Assembly: GCF_000039765.1 (NCBI RefSeq)
Contig: NC_004459.3
Location: 2,811,127-2,843,126, forward strand
Direction of reading: 5' to 3'
DNA from: Vibrio vulnificus CMCP6
GTDB taxonomy: Bacteria > Pseudomonadota > Gammaproteobacteria > Enterobacterales > Vibrionaceae
Length of the DNA stretch: 32,000 bases
Shown: one piece after another, positions 1 to 11,725 of the stretch
How the letters are laid out: each line of letters opens with the position of its first letter
Position numbering within the stretch: the stretch's first letter is position 1
The notes under the pieces: model-generated
Told to the model about the DNA's origin: nothing
Seen by the model: the letters and a program-made list of their open reading frames with translations, nothing else
Databases searched by the model: none
Position numbers and translations under genes: made by a program

Positions 1-1419
1 GAAGATGCTCAACAGTACATCAACCTGGCCGAGTCGCATGGTGATGCCACGGTAGTGAGCCCCGTGAGTATGCTCAATGGAGAACCTTCCATTACCTTTT
101 CACTCAAACGTATTGATGATTCGGTTGATTTCTTTGTTCTCAATCTGGGTCAGTTTAGCCAAGTCATCGCCGATTATGCGGCAGAAGGCAGCTACGCTGA
201 ATTACTCGCCAATGGCAGCGTTATTTTTAGCAATAAACAAGGCAGCAACTTAACCCCCATCGCCCGACCAGTGGAATTTGCAGGCCAACGCTGGGAACTT
301 ATCGGCTACATCGATTTGGATAACATTCAGTCGAATACTGACCAACTCAACTGGATGATCACCCTCGCGCTCTTGGTGTGTGCCGCGGTCATCATCGTCT
401 CCAGCGTCATTCTTTTGCAGGTTTCCTTTAAACCGCTTAGCCGCCTCAACTCGGTGGTGGCAGATCTTTCTCAAGGCAACGGCGACCTAACCCAACGTTT
501 GGCCATTGAATCCAAAGACGAAATTGGCCAAATCTCTCACTCAATTAACCTGTTTATTGAAAAATTACAGCAGATGTTCATTGAAGTGGCCGATTCCTCT
601 AAAGAAATCGACCACGCCGTCGTGAATTTGAGTGAACAGTCGCGATCAAATCTTCACACGCTCAATCAGCATACCCAAGAGACAGAACAGGCCATTACCG
701 CGATTGAAGAGATGAGCGCCAGCGCTAATTCCATTTCGCAAAGCGCCGACAACGCCGCGCACCTGACAGAGACCACCACCCGTTATGCTGATGAGTCAAA
801 ACAAACGGTGACGGGTGCAGTGGAGAGCGTGAACGGATTGGTGACTCAAGTGGTGGCAATGTCAGACACCATTACGCGCATGAGTGATGATACCAAGCAA
901 ATTAGCACTGTCCTTCAGGTGATTGGTGATATCGCCGAGCAAACCAACCTACTCGCGCTCAACGCAGCGATCGAAGCGGCTCGCGCTGGTGAGCAAGGCC
1001 GAGGCTTTGCTGTTGTCGCAGATGAAGTTCGCGCATTAGCAGCGCGAACGCAGCAAAGTACCGCTCAAATTAACGAAATGCTGGCGAAGTTGAAAAACAC
1101 AACCGAAAACGTGGTTAACGAGATGGGCTCCACTCGCACTCGTTGTGAAGAAACCGCAGAGCGAACCAACCATGTGATGGATTCACTGAATGTGGTCACC
1201 GACTCAGTCGCAGAGATCAATAACCTCAATACATTGATGGCAACATCGGCCATGGAGCAACGACAAGTGACACAAGAAGTGAGCAAAAACATGGCAGCGA
1301 TTCAGGAAATCGTTCGCCTGCTCAACGAAAATGCGGCGCAATCGACCTCCATCAGCGATGAGTTACAAAACACCTCTCATGCGTTGACCGATGTAGTCGG
1401 CCGATTCCGCGTACAGTAG
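1..1419 (+). CDS. methyl-accepting chemotaxis protein, 5'-truncated by the window edge (HAMP plus MCP signalling domain)
   Basis: Reading frame 1 is open from base 1 ([24 protein letters not shown]...). TM segment followed by HAMP-like region, then the conserved MCP hairpin '[50 protein letters not shown]'. Confidence 0.95.
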   Translation, partial: EDAQQYINLAESHGDATVVSPVSMLNGEPSITFSLKRIDDSVDFFVLNLGQFSQVIADYAAEGSYAELLANGSVIFSNKQGSNLTPIARPVEFAGQRWELIGYIDLDNIQSNTDQLNWMITLALLVCAAVIIVSSVILLQVSFKPLSRLNSVVADLSQGNGDLTQRLAIESKDEIGQISHSINLFIEKLQQMFIEVADSSKEIDHAVVNLSEQSRSNLHTLNQHTQETEQAITAIEEMSASANSISQSADNAAHLTETTTRYADESKQTVTGAVESVNGLVTQVVAMSDTITRMSDDTKQISTVLQVIGDIAEQTNLLALNAAIEAARAGEQGRGFAVVADEVRALAARTQQSTAQINEMLAKLKNTTENVVNEMGSTRTRCEETAERTNHVMDSLNVVTDSVAEINNLNTLMATSAMEQRQVTQEVSKNMAAIQEIVRLLNENAAQSTSISDELQNTSHALTDVVGRFRVQ

Positions 1420-1439
1420 CGTCCCCCTCTCTTTCTTAA

Positions 1440-1478
1440 AGCCCCCTCCACCCGCATTAATGGTGGAGGGGGCTTTTT
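1440..1478 (+). terminator. Rho-independent terminator after the MCP gene
   Basis: Stem AGCCCCCTCCACC / GGTGGAGGGGGCT (13 bp) followed by TTTT. Confidence 0.9.
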
Positions 1479-1684
1479 CTAATTTCCTGATTTCAAAGAA
1501 ACTGTGCAGAGGTGCACATCATTTTGCATCTCCGTTCTCATTAACCACATTTTCTATGATGAAATTCTAACTTCATGATATTTTTCGTTAATCACATGTA
1601 GCATTTTTGATACATTTTCAGCTGTTAGTTGCGAGGCAGGTTCCATTTTTATTTGGAACAGCCTGTAAAAGGAACAGAAGCCCC

Positions 1685-2845
1685 ATGTTAGATTATCTCG
1701 CGATGAACAGCATCGCCGCTCAAGATAAAGACATCGTCACCATACTCGATGAACTCTTCCAGCATTGTGTCGAGCGCTATCCCACATTCAGTCGTTTTTC
1801 GGTGGCGCTCCTCGGTGACAAAAAAGCCTCCAACTATTATGTGCAGGATCGCCTGCTCTCTAAGCAAACGTCCCAGCAGTTGGATTATGTCGATCATGAG
1901 TTGCGCATAGACTCTGCCCTTACTGGTCTTGCGTATAGCAACAGCATTCGTATCGTGGATAATTTGAGCACCATGGTGCAAACCGAGCGTGTCTCTCGTT
2001 TATTGAGCATCGGCCACCGTAGTAGCTATACCGTTCCACTGAACTACCGCAATAAAACTCTCGGCTTTATTTTTTACAACGCGGCGACATCAAGCTTCTT
2101 TTCAAACGACAATATTCAAAAAGATTTTGCCTTTCTTTCCAATCTTGTCGCGCACCTTTTTATTCATTTACATGAAAACCAAAAGCACTTTCAATCGGCC
2201 CTCTCCATTGCGCTGAACATGGGTCATGCACGCGATCCTGAAACCAAAGAACACCTCATTCGCATGGGTAAGATCAGTGAATTGCTGGCACGATTACTGG
2301 CCCATCAGAAACCCGAGATTACCCACCAATTCATCCATCGCATTCGCCTTTACGCGCCATTTCACGATATTGGTAAGTATAAAATCCCCGATCACATTCT
2401 CTTTAGCGATAAACGTTTTACTGCCGAAGAGCGTCAGATCATGAATATGCACACTATTTATGGGGAAGAGATGATTGAAGAAGTCATCCATTTGGCCAAT
2501 GCTGAACTGGTTTCCGATGACGAAGTGGCTTTTATCAAACACATTGTTCGTCACCATCACGAAGCCTTTAATGGTGAAGGGTTGCCCGATCAACTCGCAG
2601 AACAATCCATTCCACTAGAAGCGCGAATTGTCACGCTGGCCGACGTGTTTGACGCACTACTGAGTCGCCGCGCCTATAAACCCGCGTGGTCGGTGGATGC
2701 GGTTATGGACTACATAAGAGCCAACACAGGTCGTCTGTTTGATCCTGAATGCGTTAGTGCCTTAATCGATAATTTGGAACAGTTCCTCGCCATTCGCGAT
2801 AGGTATCTCGATCAAGAAGAACTCCCTAAAGGATGTGTGGCTTAA
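1685..2845 (+). CDS. HD-GYP domain phosphodiesterase-like protein with N-terminal GAF-like region
   Basis: ORF track starts at a TTG at 1607, but ATG (MLDYLAMNS) at 1685 is more likely. Motifs: 'RDPETKEHLIRM', 'FHDIGKYKIP', 'HHHEAFNGEGLP', 'IVTLADVFDAL'. Confidence 0.85.
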   Translation: MLDYLAMNSIAAQDKDIVTILDELFQHCVERYPTFSRFSVALLGDKKASNYYVQDRLLSKQTSQQLDYVDHELRIDSALTGLAYSNSIRIVDNLSTMVQTERVSRLLSIGHRSSYTVPLNYRNKTLGFIFYNAATSSFFSNDNIQKDFAFLSNLVAHLFIHLHENQKHFQSALSIALNMGHARDPETKEHLIRMGKISELLARLLAHQKPEITHQFIHRIRLYAPFHDIGKYKIPDHILFSDKRFTAEERQIMNMHTIYGEEMIEEVIHLANAELVSDDEVAFIKHIVRHHHEAFNGEGLPDQLAEQSIPLEARIVTLADVFDALLSRRAYKPAWSVDAVMDYIRANTGRLFDPECVSALIDNLEQFLAIRDRYLDQEELPKGCVA

Positions 2846-2929
2846 CCTTGTGTTAAGCCATTTTCTATCCATGTAAAAGCGTATTTTCCCTCACTTTTTG
2901 TTTCTTTCTGCTTTCAGTTTTCGCTCTCA

Positions 2930-2968
2930 CTTCATTAAAGCTTCATTTTTCTGCCATCTAGTTTGCAC
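2930..2968 (+). promoter_or_regulatory. candidate Pho-box-like direct-repeat array upstream of ugpB
   Basis: CTTCATT-AAAG-CTTCATT-TTT-CTGCCAT-CTAG-TTTGCAC: 7-mers at about 11-bp spacing resembling CTGTCAT repeats, though with several mismatches. Confidence 0.35.
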
Positions 2969-3047
2969 GTTTTTGCAACATTTCTCCGCCAGCATAGCTT
3001 CAAACGAAACAACATTAGTCTCGTACGAAAGCAAAAGGAACATTCAA

Positions 3048-4352
3048 ATGAACAAGGTATGGGTTAACGGACTTCTCTGCGCTGCGGTGTCTAGCGGTTT
3101 TTCTGCAACAGCGTTTGCGACCACGGAAATTACTTGGTGGCACGCGATGGGCGGCCAACTGGGTGAAACGGTCAATCATTTAGCGACTGAGTTCAACGCC
3201 TCACAAAATGAATACAAACTGACACCGGTTTACAAAGGTTCGTACACCGAAACACTCACCGCGGGCATTGCCGCGTTTCGAGCGGGCCAAGCGCCCAACA
3301 TTCTGCAAGTGTTCGATGCGGGTGCCGCGACCATCATCAACAGCAAAGGGGTAGCCAAACCTGTCCAAACGCTAATGATTGAGTCAGGCTACCCATTCAG
3401 CGCACAAGATTACATTGCTGGCGTACGCAACTTTTATGCTGATAGCCAAGGCAAAATGATTGGTATGCCTTTCAACAGCTCAACCCCTGTGCTGTATTAC
3501 AACAAAGACATGCTGGCCGAAGTAAATGCCAAAGCACCGCAAACTTATGAACAGCTTGAGCAAGTCGCCGCGAAGTTGGCTTCAAAAGGCAAAGCTGGCT
3601 TTTCTCAATCGCTCACGCCTTGGATCATGTTTGAGAACTTCAAGTCTCGCCATAACTTGCCTCTGTCCGATCAACAAAACGGCTACCAAGCCCTTTCTAC
3701 CAAAATCATGTTCAGCACCGACGACATGCTGATGCACGTGAAGAAGTTGAAAGAGTGGTCAGACAAAGGCTACTACAAGTATTACGGCAGTGATTGGGAT
3801 GCGAACCAAACCCCATTTGAGCGTGGTGAAGTGGCAATGTGGATGGGCTCTTCTGGTTCATTTGGTGGCTTGCGTAATCGCGTGAAGTTTAACTTGGGCA
3901 CAACGTATCTGCCTTACTGGGAATCCATCACACAAAAGCCGACTCACACCTTTATTGGAGGCGCAGCGCTGTTTGCCTTAAACGGCCATAGCTCCAAACA
4001 AGATAAAGGCGTCGCCGCTTTCTTTGATTACCTCACCAAGCCAGAAACACAAATGTACTGGCACAAAACCACCGGTTACGTCCCTGTTACGCAAGCCGCC
4101 TATGAACTGACGAAGCAATCTGGCTACTACCAAGAAAACCCAGATGCAGAAGTGGGGGTAAAACAGCTTAGCCTGCCCGATGGCGAGTGGACCAAAGGTT
4201 ACCGTTTAGGCTACTACCCACAAGTTCGTGAAGTGATGCACCGTGAATTTGACAACATTTTCTCTGGCCGTTCGACGGTAGAAAATAGCTTAAACAAAGT
4301 GGAAAACGAAAGCGAAAAACTGCTTAACCGCTTTGCTCGTACCGTGCAATAA
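3048..4352 (+). CDS. ugpB: glycerol-3-phosphate ABC transporter, periplasmic substrate-binding protein
   Basis: ATG at 3048 with upstream AAAGGAA and a clear signal peptide (MNKVWVNGLLCAAVSSGFSATAFA). UgpB-like 'ITWWHAMGGQLGETVNHLATEFNASQNEYKLTPVYKGSYTETLTAGIAAFRAGQAPNILQVFDAG'. Adjacent to ugpA, E and C. Confidence 0.9.
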   Translation: MNKVWVNGLLCAAVSSGFSATAFATTEITWWHAMGGQLGETVNHLATEFNASQNEYKLTPVYKGSYTETLTAGIAAFRAGQAPNILQVFDAGAATIINSKGVAKPVQTLMIESGYPFSAQDYIAGVRNFYADSQGKMIGMPFNSSTPVLYYNKDMLAEVNAKAPQTYEQLEQVAAKLASKGKAGFSQSLTPWIMFENFKSRHNLPLSDQQNGYQALSTKIMFSTDDMLMHVKKLKEWSDKGYYKYYGSDWDANQTPFERGEVAMWMGSSGSFGGLRNRVKFNLGTTYLPYWESITQKPTHTFIGGAALFALNGHSSKQDKGVAAFFDYLTKPETQMYWHKTTGYVPVTQAAYELTKQSGYYQENPDAEVGVKQLSLPDGEWTKGYRLGYYPQVREVMHREFDNIFSGRSTVENSLNKVENESEKLLNRFARTVQ

Positions 4353-4359
4353 CCCCTTT

Positions 4360-4393
4360 GCCGCCGGCTCTCTGGAGTCGGCGGCATTTTTTT
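4360..4393 (+). terminator. intercistronic terminator/attenuator between ugpB and ugpA
   Basis: GCCGCCGGCTC-tctg-GAGTCGGCGGC (11-bp stem with one G-T pair) followed by a T run, 8 nt after the ugpB stop. Confidence 0.8.
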
Positions 4394-4413
4394 ATTTCCG
4401 TTTTACATAGAGA

Positions 4414-5301
4414 ATGACCGTGGAACGCCGACAACACTTTTCCCACACTCCGCTCCCCTATCTGCTGCTGGCGCCGCAGATCGTGATCATCGGGGTGTTC
4501 TTTATCTACCCTGCCGCACAAGCCATTTACCTCTCGTTTATGTTGGAAGACCCATGGGGCCTCTCTTCCACTTTTGTTTGGTTTGAAAACTATCAACTGC
4601 TGTTCACATCGAGTGATTATTTGGAATCCTTAGGCTTTACCTTACTGTTTTCCGTGTTGGTTTCGTTTCTTTCGCTCGCGCTCGCGTTGTTGTTGGCGGT
4701 GAAAGCAGACAACATCATTCATGGCCAAGGCCCTTATCGCATCACCTTAACGTGGGTTTACGCTGTCGCCCCTGCCGTCGCGGGGATCATTGGCGGCTTT
4801 CTGTTTAACCCTCATATTGGCGTGTTAACGGATCTCTTCGAACGCCTTGGTTGGCAGTTTAGTTTTCAAACCGATCCCGTCGACGCCACAATTGCATTAG
4901 TGTTGGTTTCGGTGTGGAAACAGATTTCCGTCAACTTTGTCTACTTCTTAGCGGGGCTTCAGTCCATCTCTTACGCCGTGCGAGAAGCCGCACTGTTGGA
5001 CTGCCAAAGCGACAACAAACGTTTTTGGACCATCACCTTTCCGCTACTTGCGCCAACGGGCTTTTTCCTTTTGGTGATCAACCTAACCTATGCCTTCTTC
5101 GAAACCTTCGGCGTGATTGACACCATGACCAATGGTGGGCCAGGCGGCAGCACCACATCATTAGTGTACAAGGTGTATCGCGATGGTTTTGTCGGTGCAG
5201 ACCTTGGCGGTAGCTCCGCACAATCGGTCGTACTGCTGGTATTGGTGCTGCTGCTGACATGGCTGCAATTTCGTTTTGTCGAAAAACGCGTTCATTACTA
5301 G
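4414..5301 (+). CDS. ugpA: glycerol-3-phosphate ABC transporter permease
   Basis: MalF/UgpA-type multi-TM protein with EAA-like loop 'EAALLDCQSDNKRFWTITFPLLAPTGFF'; position in ugp cluster. Confidence 0.88.
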   Translation: MTVERRQHFSHTPLPYLLLAPQIVIIGVFFIYPAAQAIYLSFMLEDPWGLSSTFVWFENYQLLFTSSDYLESLGFTLLFSVLVSFLSLALALLLAVKADNIIHGQGPYRITLTWVYAVAPAVAGIIGGFLFNPHIGVLTDLFERLGWQFSFQTDPVDATIALVLVSVWKQISVNFVYFLAGLQSISYAVREAALLDCQSDNKRFWTITFPLLAPTGFFLLVINLTYAFFETFGVIDTMTNGGPGGSTTSLVYKVYRDGFVGADLGGSSAQSVVLLVLVLLLTWLQFRFVEKRVHY

Positions 5302-5310
5302 GGAGCAAGT

Positions 5311-6153
5311 ATGAAAAGTAATCGACTCTCTGATCACTTAATTTTGATCGCTGGCGCACTCTTTATGTTGCTGCCACTTTGGCTGATCTTCGCCAGCTCT
5401 ACCCACAACCCAAACACCATCGTCTCGGAAGGATTGCAATGGACGCTAGGAGACAATCTGCAAGCGGTTTACAGCGAGGCATGGAACAAAAGTTTGGGCT
5501 TTGCTAGTAATGTGACCGCTCATACCATGATCGTGAACTCTCTCATCATGGGGCTAGGTTTTGCGATTGGTAAAATCATTATCTCGATGATGGCAGCGTA
5601 CGCACTGGTTTATTTTCGCCTACCCTATTCCACCGCGTGGTTTTGGCTGATCTTCATCACACTGCTGCTGCCGCTGGAAGTGCGTATCATCCCTTCGTAT
5701 GAAGTGGTTTCTCGCTTAGGTATGCTCAATAGCTACACTGGTTTAGTGCTGCCTCTTATCGCCTCCGCCACTGCCACGTTTTTCTTTCGTCAATTTTTTA
5801 AAACCATTCCTGATGAACTGCTCGAGGCAGCACAACTTGACAATGCAGGGCCGATACGATTTTTTATCGATATTTTGTTCCCTCTGTCCAAAACCATGAT
5901 GGCCGCCATCTTCATCATCATGTTTATCGTGGGTTGGAATCAATATCTCTGGCCGATCATGATGACCACCGATGAGCAGTACAACACCATCGTCATGGGC
6001 ATCAAACAGATTCTCAATAACATCAATGAAACCAGCTTACCTCGTTATGACTACGCCTTTGCCATGGTGATCCTCGCCATGTTGCCACCTGTTTTGGTGG
6101 TGGTCATCTTCCAGCGTTGGTTTGTTAAAGGATTAGTAGAAAGTGAAAAATAA
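5311..6153 (+). CDS. ugpE: glycerol-3-phosphate ABC transporter permease
   Basis: MalG/UgpE-type permease with EAA loop 'EAAQLDNAGPIRFFIDILFPLSKTMM'; 9-nt gap after ugpA. Confidence 0.88.
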   Translation: MKSNRLSDHLILIAGALFMLLPLWLIFASSTHNPNTIVSEGLQWTLGDNLQAVYSEAWNKSLGFASNVTAHTMIVNSLIMGLGFAIGKIIISMMAAYALVYFRLPYSTAWFWLIFITLLLPLEVRIIPSYEVVSRLGMLNSYTGLVLPLIASATATFFFRQFFKTIPDELLEAAQLDNAGPIRFFIDILFPLSKTMMAAIFIIMFIVGWNQYLWPIMMTTDEQYNTIVMGIKQILNNINETSLPRYDYAFAMVILAMLPPVLVVVIFQRWFVKGLVESEK

Positions 6154-6205
6154 TCAGAACTCCAATATTCATCCGATTCGCCGCTCAATTTCTGCGGAGC
6201 CGATA

Positions 6206-7324
6206 ATGCTAGACATTCAACAACTGGTAAAAACATATGAAAATGGCCACCAAGCGGTAAAAGGTGTCGACCTGGCGATCCATCAAGGCGAATTTATTGT
6301 CTTAGTCGGCCCATCGGGATGTGGAAAATCGTCAATCTTGCGCTCTATCGCTGGATTAGAAGCGATCACCTCGGGAGAAATTCACCTTGCTGGTCGACGC
6401 GTCGATAACGAAAAGCCCGCCAACCGTGATATCGCCATGGTGTTTCAAAACTATGCGCTCTATCCGCATATGAGTGTGTACGACAACTTGGCGTATGGGC
6501 TGAAAAATCGTGGCGTCAGTAAAGCCACCATTGCGGAAAAAATTGCCAAAGTCGCCAAAACGCTCAAGATTGAAGAGTATCTCGATCGTAAGCCCGCCAA
6601 ACTCTCTGGCGGCCAACGTCAGCGTGTGGCGATGGGACGAGCGATTGTTCGCGATCCGCAACTGTTCTTATTTGACGAACCCCTCTCCAACCTCGACGCG
6701 GCCTTGCGTGCTCACATGCGGCTGGAAATCAAAAAATTGCAGCGAGAGCTTGGCGTCACTAGCGTCTACGTCACCCATGATCAGGTGGAGGCCATGACCC
6801 TTGCCGACCGTATCGTGGTTCTCAAACAAGGTGAAATTGAACAAATTGGCACGCCCGCAGAAGTGTATCACCAACCCGCGAGCACTTTTGTCGCGAGTTT
6901 CATTGGTAGCCCTGCGATGAACTTCCTAGCTGCCTCAATCCGTGACGGGAAATTGCAATTGGCGGGAAAACAGTGGTCAGTACCATACGATGCCAACTTA
7001 AACTGCAACACACTCACGTTGGGCATTCGCCCCGAACACGCCTCACTACAACCCGTCGACGATGCCATCGAGCTGAGTATCAACATCCAAGTGGTTGAAC
7101 CCTTGGGCCCAAATCAATTGGTGCATGGCAAAATTAATGGTGAGTATGGTGATGAAGACTTTATTGCGGTTACCGCAGAAATGCCGCTGACCATCGGTGA
7201 CAATCTGCCAATTTGGGTACGCGTTGAACAGTTGCATCTCTTTGATGAACAAGAAAAACGCATTCCGATCTCAGCTCAATCGCCGTCTGTCGATACGCGT
7301 CAGCAACAGAGACAACAGCAATGA
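6206..7324 (+). CDS. ugpC: glycerol-3-phosphate ABC transporter ATP-binding protein
   Basis: Walker A 'GPSGCGKSS', signature 'LSGGQRQRVAMGRAIVR', Walker B 'LFLFDEPLSNLD', C-terminal TOBE-like region. ORF track opens at 6143, but homologous ATPases start at 'MLDIQQLVKTYENG' (6206). Confidence 0.9.
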   Translation: MLDIQQLVKTYENGHQAVKGVDLAIHQGEFIVLVGPSGCGKSSILRSIAGLEAITSGEIHLAGRRVDNEKPANRDIAMVFQNYALYPHMSVYDNLAYGLKNRGVSKATIAEKIAKVAKTLKIEEYLDRKPAKLSGGQRQRVAMGRAIVRDPQLFLFDEPLSNLDAALRAHMRLEIKKLQRELGVTSVYVTHDQVEAMTLADRIVVLKQGEIEQIGTPAEVYHQPASTFVASFIGSPAMNFLAASIRDGKLQLAGKQWSVPYDANLNCNTLTLGIRPEHASLQPVDDAIELSINIQVVEPLGPNQLVHGKINGEYGDEDFIAVTAEMPLTIGDNLPIWVRVEQLHLFDEQEKRIPISAQSPSVDTRQQQRQQQ

Positions 7325-8094
7325 GGCTGGCAGTGAGCTTATCCACTCGACAAAAACAGATCCTCGCGTATTTGCAGCAAACCCATGGGGTACTTTCCAG
7401 TGCCCTGCTTTCTGAGCGTTTTGATGTGTCGGTGCAAACCATTCGCAAAGATATGAATGACTTGAGCGATAAAGGCATGGTGCGTCGTGTGCATGGAGGC
7501 ATCTCACTCCCCAGCGCCAATGACAATCTCTCTTTTACCAATCGCGATCTAATCAATCTCTCCGCCAAGCAGCGTATCGCGCAAAAAGTGGCGCTTGAAT
7601 TGCCAGAAGGCAGCAGCATTTTCTTAGGCATTGGCACCACACCTAAACAGGTTGCGCAGGCCTTGTTGGATCACCCAGGTTTAACGGTGGTGACCAACAA
7701 TCTCAACGCCGCACTGACACTCAGTCGCAACCCCAACATCACCTTGCATCTTGCTGGAGGATTGGTGCGACACTCTGACGAAGATACGGTTGGCGAAGTG
7801 ACCACACGTTTTTATCGCCGCTTCAACATCAAAATTGGCATCTTCGGCGTCGGTGGCATGACACACAATGGGCAACTGCTCGACTTCACCCCCGAAGAAG
7901 CGAATCTCACTCGCGCCATCATTGAATGCAGCGAGCAATGCTGGTTGGTTGCAGACAAAAGCAAATTAGGGCGCTATGCTCCGGTAGTAAGCGGTGAACT
8001 GTCTGAAATGCAAAAGCTTTTTGTGGATGAAATCACACCCGAGTTTCTTCAGCTGTGTCAGGATCACCAAGTTACGCTCATCCCTTCTCGATGA
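7321..8094 (+). CDS. DeoR/GlpR-family transcriptional regulator
   Basis: N-terminal HTH 'RQKQILAYLQQTHGVLSSALLSERFDVSVQTIRKDMNDLSDKGMVRRVHGG'; C-terminal DeoR effector domain '...ADKSKLGRYAPV'. Start overlaps the ugpC stop (ATGA). Confidence 0.88.
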   Translation: MRLAVSLSTRQKQILAYLQQTHGVLSSALLSERFDVSVQTIRKDMNDLSDKGMVRRVHGGISLPSANDNLSFTNRDLINLSAKQRIAQKVALELPEGSSIFLGIGTTPKQVAQALLDHPGLTVVTNNLNAALTLSRNPNITLHLAGGLVRHSDEDTVGEVTTRFYRRFNIKIGIFGVGGMTHNGQLLDFTPEEANLTRAIIECSEQCWLVADKSKLGRYAPVVSGELSEMQKLFVDEITPEFLQLCQDHQVTLIPSR

Positions 8095-8119
8095 GGTGTG
8101 ATTGAATTAAGGAAACCCA

Positions 8120-8827
8120 ATGCCTCCAATGATTGTCGGCCACCGTGGTGTGGCTGGTTCTTACCCTGAAAATACCCGAGTTAGCGTCCAAGCCGCGATT
8201 GATCTTGGCCTAAGCTGGGTTGAAATAGATGTACAACCGACCAAAGATAATGTGTTGGTCGTCTGCCACGATCATACGATTGATCGCTGCAGTAACGGCA
8301 AAGGCCGTGTCGATGCCTACAGTTTGAAGGAACTGCAAGCGTTCGATTTTGGAGGATGGTTCGATGAAGCATTTACTGGCGAACCAATCATGACCTTGGA
8401 ATCGTTGCTCAATCTGGCGGCAGAATACGATTTAGGGCTCAATATCGAAGTGAAAGTCGACAACCACGATGTGGCTGAAGTGGCTTTGAATCTGAAAAAC
8501 CTTTTGGATAAAAGCCCCCTGACCGCCGATAAAATTCTGCTCTCGAGTTTTAGTCACGACATCATCTTACAGCTTCATCAGCACTGCCCTGGTTACAAGC
8601 TCGGCGTGCTCAGTGAGCGATTGTCCCAACGAGACCGGCAAGTGCTCAAAGAAGTCAACGCATTTAGTTGCAACCTCAACTACCGCTGGATCACAGAAAA
8701 ACACATTCGCGATTTAAAAACAGGCGGATATCAAATTTGGTGCTATACCGTTAATCAGGCAGATAAGTTCCGCTATCTCGACAAAGTGGATGCCATCTTC
8801 TCTGACTATCCCGAACGTTTTATCTAG
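8120..8827 (+). CDS. ugpQ: glycerophosphodiester phosphodiesterase (GDPD family, UgpQ-like)
   Basis: 'IVGHRGVAGSYPENTRVSVQAAIDLGLSWVEIDVQPTKDNVLVVCHDHTIDRCSNGKG' GDPD motif; distal gene of the ugp cluster. Confidence 0.88.
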   Translation: MPPMIVGHRGVAGSYPENTRVSVQAAIDLGLSWVEIDVQPTKDNVLVVCHDHTIDRCSNGKGRVDAYSLKELQAFDFGGWFDEAFTGEPIMTLESLLNLAAEYDLGLNIEVKVDNHDVAEVALNLKNLLDKSPLTADKILLSSFSHDIILQLHQHCPGYKLGVLSERLSQRDRQVLKEVNAFSCNLNYRWITEKHIRDLKTGGYQIWCYTVNQADKFRYLDKVDAIFSDYPERFI

Positions 8828-9028
8828 CGTTCTCCCCTATCGAACCACTCGTTTTCGGATGAGTGGTTTCAAAACATGACCTTACTGTGAACGTTTAAAC
8901 AGAATTTACCTATCAAAGGAATAGAGACAACGAATTAGATAAAACCCTACATAAGACATAGGATTAGTTTCATCAAGGTGCAGCACTCGTCGTCAACTGA
9001 TTCTTCGGCGCTCTGACACCTCCCTTAG

Positions 9029-11227
<2,199 letters not shown>

Positions 11228-11253
11228 TCGAATCACTTATCAGACTTGCACTC

Positions 11254-11293
11254 AAAGCCCCTTAGCTTACATGCTCGCTAGGGGGCTTTTTTT
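11254..11293 (+). terminator. Rho-independent terminator after katG
   Basis: AAAGCCCC TTAGC ... GCTA GGGGGCTTTTTTT; overlaps the 3' end of the convergent DUF486 gene. Confidence 0.8.
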
Positions 11294-11642
11294 ATGAAAA
11301 CTTACTGCGAAACGCAAAATAGACGGCGCCAACCAAACACAAACCAGCCCACAGGTAATCTAGTTTCAGTGGTTCACGTAAATAGAACACAGAGAACGGC
11401 ACAAAAACCATCAAGGTAATCACTTCTTGTAGAATTTTAAGCTGGCCTACATTGAGTGCAGTGTATCCAATGCGGTTCGCGGGTACTTGGAGAAGGTATT
11501 CAAAAAGTGCGATCCCCCAACTCACCAATGCTGCAATAATCCATGGTTTATTGTTCAACTCTTTGAGATGGGCGTACCAAGCAAATGTCATAAAAATATT
11601 GCTACAAATTAACAAGCCAACACTAACAACAATAGGGTTCAC
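11292..11642 (-). CDS. DUF486/DMT-like small multi-TM membrane protein
   Basis: 'LLICSNIFMTFAWYAHLKELNNKPWIIAALVSWGIALFEYLLQVPANRIGY' is characteristic of the family. Start revised from 11753 to a GTG at 11642 (VNPIVVSVG...), because the extension runs through the cold-shock gene terminator. Confidence 0.8.
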   Translation of the reverse strand: MNPIVVSVGLLICSNIFMTFAWYAHLKELNNKPWIIAALVSWGIALFEYLLQVPANRIGYTALNVGQLKILQEVITLMVFVPFSVFYLREPLKLDYLWAGLCLVGAVYFAFRSKFS

Positions 11643-11696
11643 TTCTACTCTCGCCCACAAAAATTCGTTTAGATAAACTTTATCTAAATACCAACG

Positions 11697-11725
11697 AAAA
11701 ACGGGTGCTCTTTCGAGCACCCGTT
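11697..11725 (-). terminator. Rho-independent terminator of the cold-shock gene
   Basis: Minus-strand AACGGGTGCTC-GAAA-GAGCACCCGTT followed by TTT: perfect 11-bp stem with a GAAA tetraloop. Confidence 0.85.

Noticed and set aside
7170-7640. 156-aa minus-strand ORF
   Set aside because: Fully antisense to the end of ugpC and the start of the DeoR gene, both strongly supported; low-complexity composition without family features.
8843-8868. AACCACTC...GAGTGGTT hairpin after ugpQ as a terminator
   Set aside because: Inverted repeat is real, but it is followed by TCAAAAC with no T tract, so I do not assert intrinsic termination.
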